A stretch of 63,822 nucleotides of DNA, counting the filler, from Deltaproteobacteria bacterium (GTDB lineage: Bacteria > Myxococcota > JACRCW01), in assembly GCA_016218805.1 (NCBI GenBank). It is 6 parts of 6 records of this genome, joined end to end, with 100 filler letters (N's around TTAATTAATTAA, not from the genome) between each part and the next. Parts side by side here need not be neighbours in the genome. Positions count along the whole stretch, not along the records: positions 1 to 25,590 come from JACRCW010000020.1; 5 more parts are not named here. One strand, 5' to 3'. Shown piece after piece: positions 10,522-20,161 of this stretch. How positions within the stretch are numbered: position 1 is the stretch's first letter; the number at the start of each line of letters is the position of its first letter. Both the position numbers and the translations under genes were made by a program. A model generated the notes under the pieces. That model made no database searches. It was not told the DNA's origin and saw only the letters and a list, made by a program, of their open reading frames with translations.

Positions 10522-11259
10522 TCAGACGACTTCCAGCGTGATGGAGGGCGGCGTCTCGTCACGGTTGCGCAGCGTGGCCACAATGGCCATCACCGCGTCC
10601 CGCGCGGCCGCGTCTGACCGCGCAAACGCCACCCCGAACTGCGCGTTGACCCCGCCCTGCTTGCCCTGGCTTTCGGCCACCCACGCCACGCGGGCGTCCA
10701 CCTTGGTCCGCCCGCCCTGGCCAAACGTCACCCGCACCGTGCGCCCCACCTGGATGCCCCCGGGCAGCGTGGGCCCGTCCGCCGTTACGCGCAGGCCGCC
10801 CTCGGACAGGTCCACCACCGTGAGCGGCACCGTGCGGTCCGGGCCCTTGCCTTCCGCCTGCAGGGACGTGCGCACGCGCGTGAAGTCGCGCGCCGGTTCG
10901 CTCTCCGTGGCCGCAAAGAAGCGCCCCAGCGCGCGCCCCAGCGGCCCGCGCTCCCCCTTGAGCCAGTCGTCGTCAAAGCGCACGCCCACGTCGTACACCG
11001 TCTTGCCGCCCGGCGTGTGGCGCGGCCGGCACCAGCTCACGGAGGCGTGGCCCTTCACGCCGCGCCCGTCCCCGGCGTCCAGCGTGAAGGTCAGCCGCGT
11101 CCCTTCCTTCAACTCGCTGCGGCACTCCAGGCGGGCGCCGCGCGGTGACACGTCGGTCGCTTCGCCCTCGCCCTCGGGGCCGCCGGCGGAGGACTCAAAG
11201 CGCACGCGCAACTGAAGGTCCAGCCGTGCCCCATCCCTGCGTTCGCTGTTGCCGCTCAT
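10522..11259 (-). CDS. Tandem PilZ-domain protein (c-di-GMP receptor candidate)
   Basis: Two RxxxR + DxSxxG pairs (RDGAR/DVSPRG; RDFTR/DLSEGG); ATG 11259 preceded by GGAGG. Confidence 0.88.
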   Translation of the reverse strand: MSGNSERRDGARLDLQLRVRFESSAGGPEGEGEATDVSPRGARLECRSELKEGTRLTFTLDAGDGRGVKGHASVSWCRPRHTPGGKTVYDVGVRFDDDWLKGERGPLGRALGRFFAATESEPARDFTRVRTSLQAEGKGPDRTVPLTVVDLSEGGLRVTADGPTLPGGIQVGRTVRVTFGQGGRTKVDARVAWVAESQGKQGGVNAQFGVAFARSDAAARDAVMAIVATLRNRDETPPSITLEVV

Positions 11260-11301
11260 CCCCGAACCTCCCAATCCCATCCGTCCGCCATCCACCGTCC
11301 A

Positions 11302-12045
11302 TCACGCCCCGCGGCGCCGCCGCGCATCCGCGCGGAACCGCGCCAGCCCCGCGTACGCCAGCCCCGTGGCGAAGAACAATGCCACCGCCAGGCCCGGCCG
11401 CAGGATGGGCGTCAGCCGCTGCCCGGTCACCGTCCGGGCGTCCATCAGGAACTGGTGGAACACGCCCAGGTACACCGTGTAGCCCGTGGCCAGCGCGCCA
11501 CACAGCAGCTGCTTGAGGCTGATGCGCCGCAGGGCCCCGCCCTCGTTGTCCGCCACGTCATGCTGCGTGGCCTCCACAATGCCCAGCGCGCGCGCGCGCG
11601 CCCCCACCAGCGCCAGGGCCCACGCCGCCAGCAGCACCAACGCCCAGCCGCCCGCCATGATGCCCGGCCGCCACGGATCCCCCGGCACGCCCACAAACGG
11701 CGCCAGCGTGCTGGCCATCAACCCCACCGCGGCCCACAGTGTCCCGCGGTCCGCCCCGGGCAGTTCCGCGTAGGTGGTCCGCGCATCCCGCACGGCGGCG
11801 GCCAGCTCCGCGGCGGTGAGGCCCAGCGCGGTGTCCGTCCCCGGTTCGGGTGGAGGCCGTTCCGCTTCACCGGAGGGGTCTGAGCTCTCCGGCGGGTCCG
11901 GCGTCACCAGCGTCTTGCCCGTGTCCCTTGGGTCAGCGTCCGGCGCCCCGCGCGACAGGCGGCGTGCCCGCCCGCTGGCATCAGGCGGCGCCCCGCCCTG
12001 CCCCCGGGCCTCCGGCACGCTGATCTCGGTCTTTGACGGGTCCAT
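11302..12045 (-). CDS. Hypothetical membrane protein (disordered N-terminus, about 4 TM helices)
   Basis: Coding-like part of ORF 11302..12816 from MDPSKTEIS; several hydrophobic segments. Confidence 0.65.
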   Translation of the reverse strand: MDPSKTEISVPEARGQGGAPPDASGRARRLSRGAPDADPRDTGKTLVTPDPPESSDPSGEAERPPPEPGTDTALGLTAAELAAAVRDARTTYAELPGADRGTLWAAVGLMASTLAPFVGVPGDPWRPGIMAGGWALVLLAAWALALVGARARALGIVEATQHDVADNEGGALRRISLKQLLCGALATGYTVYLGVFHQFLMDARTVTGQRLTPILRPGLAVALFFATGLAYAGLARFRADARRRRGA

Positions 12046-12180
12046 GGACACCCTGGCAAACCGCCCCGCGGTCGAATGGGCGCAGCATGGCGGAACTGCC
12101 GCCCGGGTGCAAAAGGCACCCGTGGCCACCCTGCAGCGCGCTGGCCGCCTCCGGCATTCCTCTGGCAGTGTAACGCGTCC

Positions 12181-13737
12181 ATGAGCCTGTCCCGCCGTGA
12201 GCAGCGCGCAACCCGCCTGGGGCTCTGGTGTTGCTGCGCGCTGTGGGCGGCCGCGGGCTGCCGCTCCACCGTCCGGCACGCGGTGGCGCCGCCGGAGCCG
12301 CCGGTGGCGCTGGCGGATGGCGCGCTCCAGGCCGCGCTGGACCAGGCGCTGGCGGGGCTGGTGGCCACCGGCGCGCAGGTGGGTTTTCTGGTGCTGGACG
12401 CGCAGGAGGCGCGGGTGCTGGCCGCGCACCGGTCCACGGAGCTGTTCACGCCCGCCTCCACCACCAAGCTCATCACCACCGCCGCGGTGCTGCATTCGGT
12501 GGATCCCGGCCGGCGGTTCGTCACGCGCCTGCTGCTGCCGCCGCCGGACGGGGACGGCCTGGCCACCGGGGATGCCTGGCTGGTGGGCGAGGGCGACCCC
12601 AGCTTTGGCAGCGCGCGCACGCTGCGCGGCGGGTTCCGCCCCGACGACACATTGGCCCGCGCCGCGGACGCGGCCTTTGCGCTGGGCGTCCGCCGGGTGA
12701 GCGGCGGCGTCATAGGCGACGGGCGCGTGCTGCCGGCGCCCGCCTTCCCGCCGGGCTGGGCGTGGGATGACGCGGCGTACGCGTACAGCGCGCCCCCGGC
12801 CGGCCTCACCCTGCATGAAGGCGTTGCCTGGGCGCGCCTGCTGTCCCTGGACGACACGGGCCCGGTGGCGTTCCTGACGCCGCCCACGTCGCTGGTGCGG
12901 GTGCGGACCGGGCCGCAGGAGATGGGCCGGGCGCTGGAGCTGGTGCCGGCAGGGACGGACGTGGTGGCGCGGTGGCGCCCGGGACCGGCGCTGGTCCAGC
13001 AGGAGGAACCCGTGGCGTTGGCGGATCCCGCGGCCTACGCGGCGGAGCAGCTGGCCCGCGCGCTGCGCGCCCGCGGCATCCAGGTGGACGGGCCGGCGCG
13101 GTCCGCGCTGGCGGCGGATGGCGTCCCGCAGGGCGTGACGGCGTTCTCCCGGGAATCCCCTTCAGTGCGCGAGCTGTGCGCCCTCACCAACCACCACTCG
13201 CTCAACCTGCACGCGGAGACGCTGCTGCTGCAGGTGGGGCGGCTGACGCGCGGGGATGCGTCCCGCGCGGCGGGGCTGGAGGCGGTGCGCGGCTTCCTCC
13301 AATCCGCGGGGGTGACGCCGGCGGCGCTGCGCCTGGTGGACGGGTCCGGCCTGAGCCGCATGAACCTGCTGGCGCCGGCGCACCTGGTGGCCGCGTTGCG
13401 CGCCGCCTGGATGCAGGACCCCGCGTTCCTGGAGACGCTGTCGGTCGCCGGGCGTGCGGGCTCGCTGGAGGGGCGCCTGGTGGGGACGCGCCTGGAGGGC
13501 CGCATGTGGGGCAAGACCGGCTCCATGACCGGTCACCGCAACCTGGCCGGGGCGCTGCTCACGGATGAGGGGCGGCTGCTGCTGTTTGCGTTCCTGGCCG
13601 GCGGCCTGGTGGTCCCGCGGGCAGAGGTGGACGCCGCCGTGGACCGCGCGTTGGCCGCGCTGGCCCGGGTGCACGTCACTTCCGCTTCTTCAGCGTCTTG
13701 GCCAGGCCCGCTGCCTTCTTCCGCTCGGCATCCGTGA
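12181..13737 (+). CDS. dacB: D-alanyl-D-alanine carboxypeptidase/endopeptidase (PBP4, peptidase S13)
   Basis: PASTTK (SxxK), SLN (SxN), KTG, GEGDPS, DGSGLSR motifs; N-terminal signal/lipobox-like segment. Confidence 0.93.
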   Translation: MSLSRREQRATRLGLWCCCALWAAAGCRSTVRHAVAPPEPPVALADGALQAALDQALAGLVATGAQVGFLVLDAQEARVLAAHRSTELFTPASTTKLITTAAVLHSVDPGRRFVTRLLLPPPDGDGLATGDAWLVGEGDPSFGSARTLRGGFRPDDTLARAADAAFALGVRRVSGGVIGDGRVLPAPAFPPGWAWDDAAYAYSAPPAGLTLHEGVAWARLLSLDDTGPVAFLTPPTSLVRVRTGPQEMGRALELVPAGTDVVARWRPGPALVQQEEPVALADPAAYAAEQLARALRARGIQVDGPARSALAADGVPQGVTAFSRESPSVRELCALTNHHSLNLHAETLLLQVGRLTRGDASRAAGLEAVRGFLQSAGVTPAALRLVDGSGLSRMNLLAPAHLVAALRAAWMQDPAFLETLSVAGRAGSLEGRLVGTRLEGRMWGKTGSMTGHRNLAGALLTDEGRLLLFAFLAGGLVVPRAEVDAAVDRALAALARVHVTSASSASWPGPLPSSARHP

Positions 13738-14386
13738 CAAAGGACAGGTGCACCACCGCCGCCACCGCCTCCGAGTGCGCCGCGCCGCCACACAACTCCA
13801 GGTTGCGCAACGCGTGTTCGCGCAGGCCCGGCGCGGTGGAGCGCAGCAGCGGCGCGGACAGGTCCGCCACGCGCCTCTTGACCGCGGCATCCTTGATGGC
13901 CTTGCCGGTCTCCCCCAGTCCGTACAGCGCAAATTTGCACCACTTCACGTCCACCTCTCCCAGCTCCGCAATCCGCGCCGCGCATGACTCCACCTGCCCC
14001 GCCAGGCCCACCATCACCTCCGCGGAGGCCGCGTGGGCGGCTTCTTCGTACGCGCGTTCCCGGACCTCCGCGTCCTTGTCCTCCAGCAGCGAAATGACCT
14101 CCTGGTCAAACGTCCCCGCGCCGTAGCAGACCGTCAGGCCCAGCGCCGCGGCGCGCACCTTGGCGTCCTCGTCGTTGAACATGGGACGCAGCGTCTCCAT
14201 GGCGTCCTTGTTGTTGCGGAATGCAAAGCGGTTCTTGCCCCGGCAGCCCGCCACGTAGGACGCCACCGCCAGGGACCGCGCCTCACCCTGTTCCGTGGCA
14301 ATGCTCGACAGCACCCGCATGACCTGGGGGTCCGCGGCCATCACCACGCTCGCCAACATCACTGCCAGGAACACGGCCGCCTCCAT
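13676..14386 (-). CDS. Secreted HEAT-repeat protein
   Basis: Signal peptide; DEDAKVRAAA / DKDAEVRERA / PGLREHAL repeats. Confidence 0.78.
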   Translation of the reverse strand: MEAAVFLAVMLASVVMAADPQVMRVLSSIATEQGEARSLAVASYVAGCRGKNRFAFRNNKDAMETLRPMFNDEDAKVRAAALGLTVCYGAGTFDQEVISLLEDKDAEVRERAYEEAAHAASAEVMVGLAGQVESCAARIAELGEVDVKWCKFALYGLGETGKAIKDAAVKRRVADLSAPLLRSTAPGLREHALRNLELCGGAAHSEAVAAVVHLSFVTDAERKKAAGLAKTLKKRK

Positions 14387-14459
14387 CCCCCGCGGCGCGT
14401 TGTAACCCCGCGGGGAGGCGGTCATGCAAATGCGCGCGGCGGGTGCACCCGCCGCCGCC

Positions 14460-16184
14460 TCAGCGCCGGCTCAGCAACCAGGCCAGCGCCAGGCTCAGCA
14501 CGCCGTTGACGGCAAGCCACAGCGTGTCCAGCAGCCCCATGCCCGGGATGCCGGCCACGTCAGACAGGCCGCGGAACGCGTCACCCAGCAGCAGCGCGGC
14601 GGCACCCGCCGCCAGGCCAATGAGCACGCCGCGCAGGCGCCCCACGCCCAGCAGGAACAGCGCGGCCACCATGGGCAGCGCCACGCTCATGGCCAGCGCG
14701 GAGGGCGCGCCCCACAGCGCGCCGTCCCACGTCAGCAGCGGTGTGGACAGCGTCCCGGCCCACGGCAGCCCGCTGCCCGCCAGCGGCGTCAGCCCCGCGC
14801 CCACCACGATGGCAGCGACCAGACCACCCAGGCCGAGCCTGGCCCGCGCGCTGCCGAGCCGGCGCCGTGCCGCCCATGCCAGCAGGCCCAGCACGCCGGC
14901 CACGGACAGCAACCGGCCCTCGTCACGGCCGTCCAGCGCCTTCATGGCCGCGCCCGCGCTCAGCAGGCCATTGCCAAACCGCAGCTTGTCCGGGCGCTTT
15001 TCCGCGCTGTCCGCCAGCACCTTGGCCACCGCGTCCGGCTTGGTCACCCCGCGCGCCACCACCAGCGCGGCAGCGCCTGCAACGTGCGGCGTGGCCATGG
15101 AGGTGCCCTGGAACGGGAAGAAGCCGTGGCGCATGGGATCGCCCATGGCAATGGTGTCCTGCAGCACGCCGTCAGCAATGCCGTCCCCATTGAGGTCCAC
15201 GCGCGTGTCACCGCCCGGCGCCGCAATGAACGTCTCCTTGCCAAAGCTGCTGTACCAGGCCTTTTCGCCGTCCGGCCCCACCGCGCTGACCGCCAGGGCG
15301 CCCGGGTAGGCCGCCGGGAACTCCACGCGCCCGCGGCCGGTGTTCCCCGCCGCGCACACCACCACCACGCCCTGGTCATGCGCGTACTTGACGGCCTTGG
15401 CCATGGCTTCCGAGTAGCCGCCACCGCCCAGGGACATGTTGATCACGTTGGCCTTGTGGTCCGCTGCCCAACGGATGGCCTCCGCAATGTCCGCCGCGGT
15501 GCCCCAGCCCTGCTTGGTGAGCACCTTCAGCGGCATCAGGGACGCCTCCGGGGCCACGCCCGCCACGCCAAACGCGTTGTGCGTGCGCTGGGCAATGGTC
15601 CCCGCCACGTGCGTGCCGTGGCCGTGGTCATCGTCCGGCTGCGCGTTGTCCGCCACAAAGTTGTACCCGGGGACAAACATGGTCCCCTCAAGATCGGGAA
15701 CGCGCGGGAGCTTGCCCTTCCCGTCAGAGATGCCCGTGTCAATCACGGCCACCACGGCGCCCTTGCCCTTGCCGCGCGCCCAGGCCTCATCCATGTGGAT
15801 CATGGGCATGTGCCACTGGGACTTGTAGAGCGGGTCATCCGGGTAGGCCTTGGGCTTGCCGTCGGTGGGCGCGGGCACGTCCGTCTCGTCAGACAGGTCC
15901 AGCAGTTCCGGCTCCGGGATGGACAGGATCCAGTTGGGCTCCGCGGCTTCCACGCGCGCGTCCCCGCGCAGGCGCTGCACCAGCGCCGCGGCCTCCTGGC
16001 CCGCCAGGTAGACGCGGTTGCGGGAGGAGAACTCGCTGTTGGGCCGCAGCGCCAGGCCAAAGGCCCGCGCAAAGGCGGTGACCTCCGCGTCAGACATTCC
16101 GTCATCCAGATCCACCAGGAACCCGTCAGAGGGCGGGACCTGGGACGCGAGCAGGATTGGGAAAACCAGGGTTGTCAGCGACAC
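14460..16184 (-). CDS. S8 subtilisin-like serine protease with C-terminal multi-pass membrane domain
   Basis: Triad motifs VAVIDTG, HGTHVAG, GTSMATPHVAG; hydrophobic C-terminal ~150 aa; GTG 16184 after GAGG. Confidence 0.93.
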   Translation of the reverse strand: MSLTTLVFPILLASQVPPSDGFLVDLDDGMSDAEVTAFARAFGLALRPNSEFSSRNRVYLAGQEAAALVQRLRGDARVEAAEPNWILSIPEPELLDLSDETDVPAPTDGKPKAYPDDPLYKSQWHMPMIHMDEAWARGKGKGAVVAVIDTGISDGKGKLPRVPDLEGTMFVPGYNFVADNAQPDDDHGHGTHVAGTIAQRTHNAFGVAGVAPEASLMPLKVLTKQGWGTAADIAEAIRWAADHKANVINMSLGGGGYSEAMAKAVKYAHDQGVVVVCAAGNTGRGRVEFPAAYPGALAVSAVGPDGEKAWYSSFGKETFIAAPGGDTRVDLNGDGIADGVLQDTIAMGDPMRHGFFPFQGTSMATPHVAGAAALVVARGVTKPDAVAKVLADSAEKRPDKLRFGNGLLSAGAAMKALDGRDEGRLLSVAGVLGLLAWAARRRLGSARARLGLGGLVAAIVVGAGLTPLAGSGLPWAGTLSTPLLTWDGALWGAPSALAMSVALPMVAALFLLGVGRLRGVLIGLAAGAAALLLGDAFRGLSDVAGIPGMGLLDTLWLAVNGVLSLALAWLLSRR

Positions 16185-16409
16185 GGTTCCACCTCGTTGG
16201 GCACTTGAACGGCCAGGAAGCCGGAAGGTTCCGGGCACACCCGTCCCTCATCTTGGCCATTGCGCGGCCCCCGCGCCAGTTGGCGGCGGGTGTCCCACCC
16301 CGCCCGACGACACCCTTGCGGGGGCGCGGCGGGCTTGACCCCTCTGGTGGGCGTGGGCAAGGTGCGCCGGCCCCACGCCCAACCCGGGGTTCTGCCGAAG
16401 GAAAACACC

Positions 16410-18170
16410 ATGCGCCTCCCCTGCTTACTGCTCTGCGTCCCGCTTGTCCTCGCCACCGCCGCCCTGGGCTGCACGGAGGGCGACGGAGGTGGCACCTCCA
16501 GCAGCGGCAGTTCGGGGACCTCCGGCACCAGCGGGTCGTCCGGGACCAGCAGCAGCAGCAGCGGATCCTCCAGCAGCTCCAGCGGCGCGCCGCAGGTGGA
16601 CTGCAACTCGCCGGCGGGCAGCACCACGCTGTGTGACATCCAGAAGGGGGCGGTGACCCCGCTCACCGAGGTGACGCTGCCCCATCCGGTCATTGTCACC
16701 AGCGACGTGTTTGTGCTGTCCACGTCCAACAACAACGTGAAGAAGGCGTTCTTTGTGCTGGAGGAGCCGGGTGGCCCGTACCGCGGCGGCCTGGTCTACG
16801 GCGAGGCGGCGGTGGTGGAGGGCCTGACGCTGACACCGGGCAGCCAGGTGATCCTGCAGGTGATTGTGGAGGAGTACACGGGCACCGGCGCCGGCAGCGA
16901 GACGCAGCTCAAGTTGGTGGGCGGCAACGTGGTGGGCTCCACGGCGGTCCCCGCCGCCACCGCCGTGTCCGCGTCCACCTTCTCTTCTGACGTGGCGGCC
17001 GAGGCCTACGAAGGCCTGCTCATCACCGTCTCCGGCGTCACCGCGCAGCGCTTCAGCAGCGGCGCCATCATGGAGTACGGCGCGTTTCTGGTGGAGGGCG
17101 GGCTGCGCGTGGATGACCTGTTCTACCGCCACGCGGTGGGCGCCGGGGAGACGTTCAGCAGCATCACCGGGTTCATCCGCTACAGCTATGACGGCTACTG
17201 GAACCTGGAACCGCGCAACGCGGCGGACATTGTGTCTTCCGGCAATCCGCGCACGTACGCGGACGTGGACGTCACGCAGGTGCAGGACCCGGCCAACATC
17301 ACGGCGCTGCCGCACTGCATTGCCCCGGCCGAGTGCGACCCCATCCGGCTGACCAACATGGTGGTGACGGGCGTGCCGCGCATTGCGGACAAGGACGCCA
17401 ACGGCGTGGCCACGCTGTACCACGTGTTTGTGCAGGACCCCTCCAAGCTGGACGTCAACAACGAGCCGCTGCCCTATTCCGCCGTGAAGATTGTGTTTGC
17501 GCGCACCGGGCTCACCAGCAATCTGGCGTTCAACACCTACGGCACCAACAATGACCTGCCGGACACGGACCAGAACCCGGACGGCTGGCCCATGCCCGGT
17601 GACGTCATCACCGTGGAGGGCTCCATCCAGGAGTACTTTGACATGACGCAGGTGGGGAACGTGCGCACGCTCAACCGCGTGGGCCGTGTGACGGACAGCC
17701 CCTCTCCCATCCCGGCGGTGCCCAATCCCAAGAGCTTCACCGGTGACACCGCGCTGGCCGGTTTGGCCGCGGGCGCCAAGGGCCTGGCTGAGTGCAGCTA
17801 CCCCTCCGGCGGCGCCGGCGCGGACGTGGAGAAGTGGGAGGGCGCGCTGGTCAAGCTGGTGTCCTCCACCACCACGCTGGCGTGCGTCCCCACGGTGACC
17901 AACTCCACCGCGGCCCCGGCGTGCACGCGGTTTGACTTTGGCTACTTCCAGGTGACCGGCGGCGTGGAGGTGGGCACCGGCCAGGGGTCCTACTTCTCCG
18001 GCCGCTGCGCCTCCACCTCCTGCGTCTGCCCCAATGAGACCGGCGAACACGTCCCCAGTGACACCCGCGTGCTGGGGAAGGCCTACCCGTCCATCACGGG
18101 CATCTTTGACTATTCGTTTGAAGTGTTCCGCGTGAACCCGCGGCGCAACATGAACGACGTGGTGGAGTGA
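16410..18170 (+). CDS. Lipoprotein with two OB-fold-containing modules resembling the non-catalytic part of ExeM/YhcR-type extracellular nucleases
   Basis: Lipobox ALGC, Ser/Gly linker; PGSQVILQVIVEEY / PGDVITVEGSIQEYFDMTQV; YEGLLITV / WEGALVKL; ITGFIRYSY..LEPR / ITGIFDYSF..VNPR. Confidence 0.75.
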   Translation: MRLPCLLLCVPLVLATAALGCTEGDGGGTSSSGSSGTSGTSGSSGTSSSSSGSSSSSSGAPQVDCNSPAGSTTLCDIQKGAVTPLTEVTLPHPVIVTSDVFVLSTSNNNVKKAFFVLEEPGGPYRGGLVYGEAAVVEGLTLTPGSQVILQVIVEEYTGTGAGSETQLKLVGGNVVGSTAVPAATAVSASTFSSDVAAEAYEGLLITVSGVTAQRFSSGAIMEYGAFLVEGGLRVDDLFYRHAVGAGETFSSITGFIRYSYDGYWNLEPRNAADIVSSGNPRTYADVDVTQVQDPANITALPHCIAPAECDPIRLTNMVVTGVPRIADKDANGVATLYHVFVQDPSKLDVNNEPLPYSAVKIVFARTGLTSNLAFNTYGTNNDLPDTDQNPDGWPMPGDVITVEGSIQEYFDMTQVGNVRTLNRVGRVTDSPSPIPAVPNPKSFTGDTALAGLAAGAKGLAECSYPSGGAGADVEKWEGALVKLVSSTTTLACVPTVTNSTAAPACTRFDFGYFQVTGGVEVGTGQGSYFSGRCASTSCVCPNETGEHVPSDTRVLGKAYPSITGIFDYSFEVFRVNPRRNMNDVVE

Positions 18171-20161
18171 TGGAAGGCGGCGCCGACGACGTTGCCCGGG
18201 CGGCCCCCCGCACCACGCCGCTGTCCGCGGCGCTGTGCGGGGTGCTGGGGCTGCTGGCCGGCGGGAGCCTGCTGGCCACGGGCGCCTGCATCCTCCAGGC
18301 GGAGCAGCAGGAGCTGGCCGGGCAGGACATCCGGCTGACGGTGCTGCACACCTCGGACTGGCACAGCCGCCTCATCCCCTACGTCATTGACCCGCCGGTG
18401 CCGGTGCAGAGCCTGGGGCTGATGCCGGAGAACGCGCCGTTTGGCGGTGCGTCGCGGATGATGACGCTGCTCAAGCAGGAGCGCGCGCGCGCCGAACGGG
18501 TGGTCCACATTGACAGCGGGGATTGCTTCCAGGGCGCTCCCATCTTCAATGAATTCTATGGCGAGCCGGAGATGCGCGCGCTGTCCCTGGCCGGCATGGA
18601 CGCCATGGTCATTGGCAACCACGAGTTTGACGCGGGCGCGGACAACTTTGTCACGCAGGTGACCCGCTGGGCGGGGTTCCCGTTCCTGGCGGCCAACTAC
18701 GTGTTCCGCAGCCCGCGCCAGGTGACCAACAACGGGCTGGGGGACGCGGCGCAGCCCATCACCGTGCTCAACATCCAGGGGCTGAAGATCCTCATCATCG
18801 GGCTGGGGAACATCAGTTCGCTCACCAGCATTGGCCAGGAAGGCAACAGCCTGCAGATTGACCCGCTGGAACCCAATGAGGTGGTGCAGAAGTACATCAA
18901 CCTCTACGCGCACAGCGTGGACCTGGTGTTTGTGCTCAGCCACATGGGCCTGGAGATAGACCAGGCGCTGCTGGAAGGTTACGACCGCGTGTACGACCTG
19001 GCGGAGGCCAGCCCGGACACGCTGCGGCGCGAGTGGAACTGCGACGTCATTGAGGACGCGTCCACCGCCATCTGTCACGTGCCCCCCGTGCGCGGGATTG
19101 ACATTGTGTTTGGCGGGCACCTGCACGTGGTCCTCAACCCGCCGCGGCTGGTGAAGGACGTGGACGGGCGGGATGTGCCCATTGTGCATTCGGGCGCGTT
19201 CACGCAGTTCATTGGGCGGTTGGACGTGGTGACCCGGGACCATGACCGGTTTGAACCCCCGCGTGACGCGTACTTTGGCCGCGAGATCCTCACGCACCGC
19301 TACCGGCCCATTCCCGTGGACAACCGCGCGGAGCCGGACTGGGAGATGGAGCGGCTGCTGGCGCCCTACAAGGAGCAGCTGGCGCGGCGCGTGGACCTGG
19401 GCCGCCCCGTGGCGTGGGCCACCACCAACATCATCCGCAACAACCCCAACGGCGGGGACAGCCCGCTGGGGAACCTGGTCTCCGCGGCCATTGGCTACAA
19501 ACCGCGCGTGCGCACGGACTTCCAGGTCACCAACAGCCTGGGCATCCGGGACAACCTCAACACCGGCACCATCACGCGCGAAGAGCTGTACAACGTCTTC
19601 CCGTTTGAGAACACGGTGACGACGATGTTCCTGTCCGGCCGCGAGGTGCAGGAGCTGGTGGACTTCATTGCCATCCGCTCCAAGTCCCGCGGCTGCCGCA
19701 CGCAGGCGCAGGTCAACAACATCAGCTTCCTGATGCGGTGTGACTGCGCCCTGAACGCCACCGGCTGCTGTGACCCGGCCACCGCCGGCCAGGAGGTCTA
19801 CGCCTGCGCGGATGACGTGCGCATTGGCGGGCAGCCCATCAATCCCAACGGCGCCTACCAGCTCGGCACCAATGACTACATCGCCGCGGGCGGCAGCGGG
19901 TTCCAGGTGCTGCGCCGCAACACCACGCAACAGAACAGCTTCATCCCGCTGCGGGTGGTGGTGGAGGAGTACCTGCAGACCTTCCCACCGTGCGACGACG
20001 AAACGGTGCAGCTCTCCATTGACGCGGCCCGCGCCTCCAACCAGGACGAGGGGGAACGGCTGCAGCGCGAGTGGGATTACATCCGGCAATTCGGGACGCC
20101 GAAGTGCGTGGATCCGACGAACATGGCGGACGGACGCATCCGCCGGAGGCTGGGCGGATGA
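18170..20161 (+). CDS. 5'-nucleotidase / calcineurin-like metallophosphoesterase (UshA/CpdB family), exported
   Basis: HTSDWH, DSGD, GNHEFD, LSHMG, GGHLH motifs; C-terminal 5'-NT domain (SPLGNLV, GIRD, FPFEN, NDYIAAGGSGF); TGATG overlap with upstream gene. Confidence 0.93.
   Translation: MEGGADDVARAAPRTTPLSAALCGVLGLLAGGSLLATGACILQAEQQELAGQDIRLTVLHTSDWHSRLIPYVIDPPVPVQSLGLMPENAPFGGASRMMTLLKQERARAERVVHIDSGDCFQGAPIFNEFYGEPEMRALSLAGMDAMVIGNHEFDAGADNFVTQVTRWAGFPFLAANYVFRSPRQVTNNGLGDAAQPITVLNIQGLKILIIGLGNISSLTSIGQEGNSLQIDPLEPNEVVQKYINLYAHSVDLVFVLSHMGLEIDQALLEGYDRVYDLAEASPDTLRREWNCDVIEDASTAICHVPPVRGIDIVFGGHLHVVLNPPRLVKDVDGRDVPIVHSGAFTQFIGRLDVVTRDHDRFEPPRDAYFGREILTHRYRPIPVDNRAEPDWEMERLLAPYKEQLARRVDLGRPVAWATTNIIRNNPNGGDSPLGNLVSAAIGYKPRVRTDFQVTNSLGIRDNLNTGTITREELYNVFPFENTVTTMFLSGREVQELVDFIAIRSKSRGCRTQAQVNNISFLMRCDCALNATGCCDPATAGQEVYACADDVRIGGQPINPNGAYQLGTNDYIAAGGSGFQVLRRNTTQQNSFIPLRVVVEEYLQTFPPCDDETVQLSIDAARASNQDEGERLQREWDYIRQFGTPKCVDPTNMADGRIRRRLGG

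Noticed and set aside
13676..13737. 62-bp convergent overlap of dacB and the HEAT-repeat gene
   Set aside because: Common in GC-rich genomes; the dacB tail is low-information
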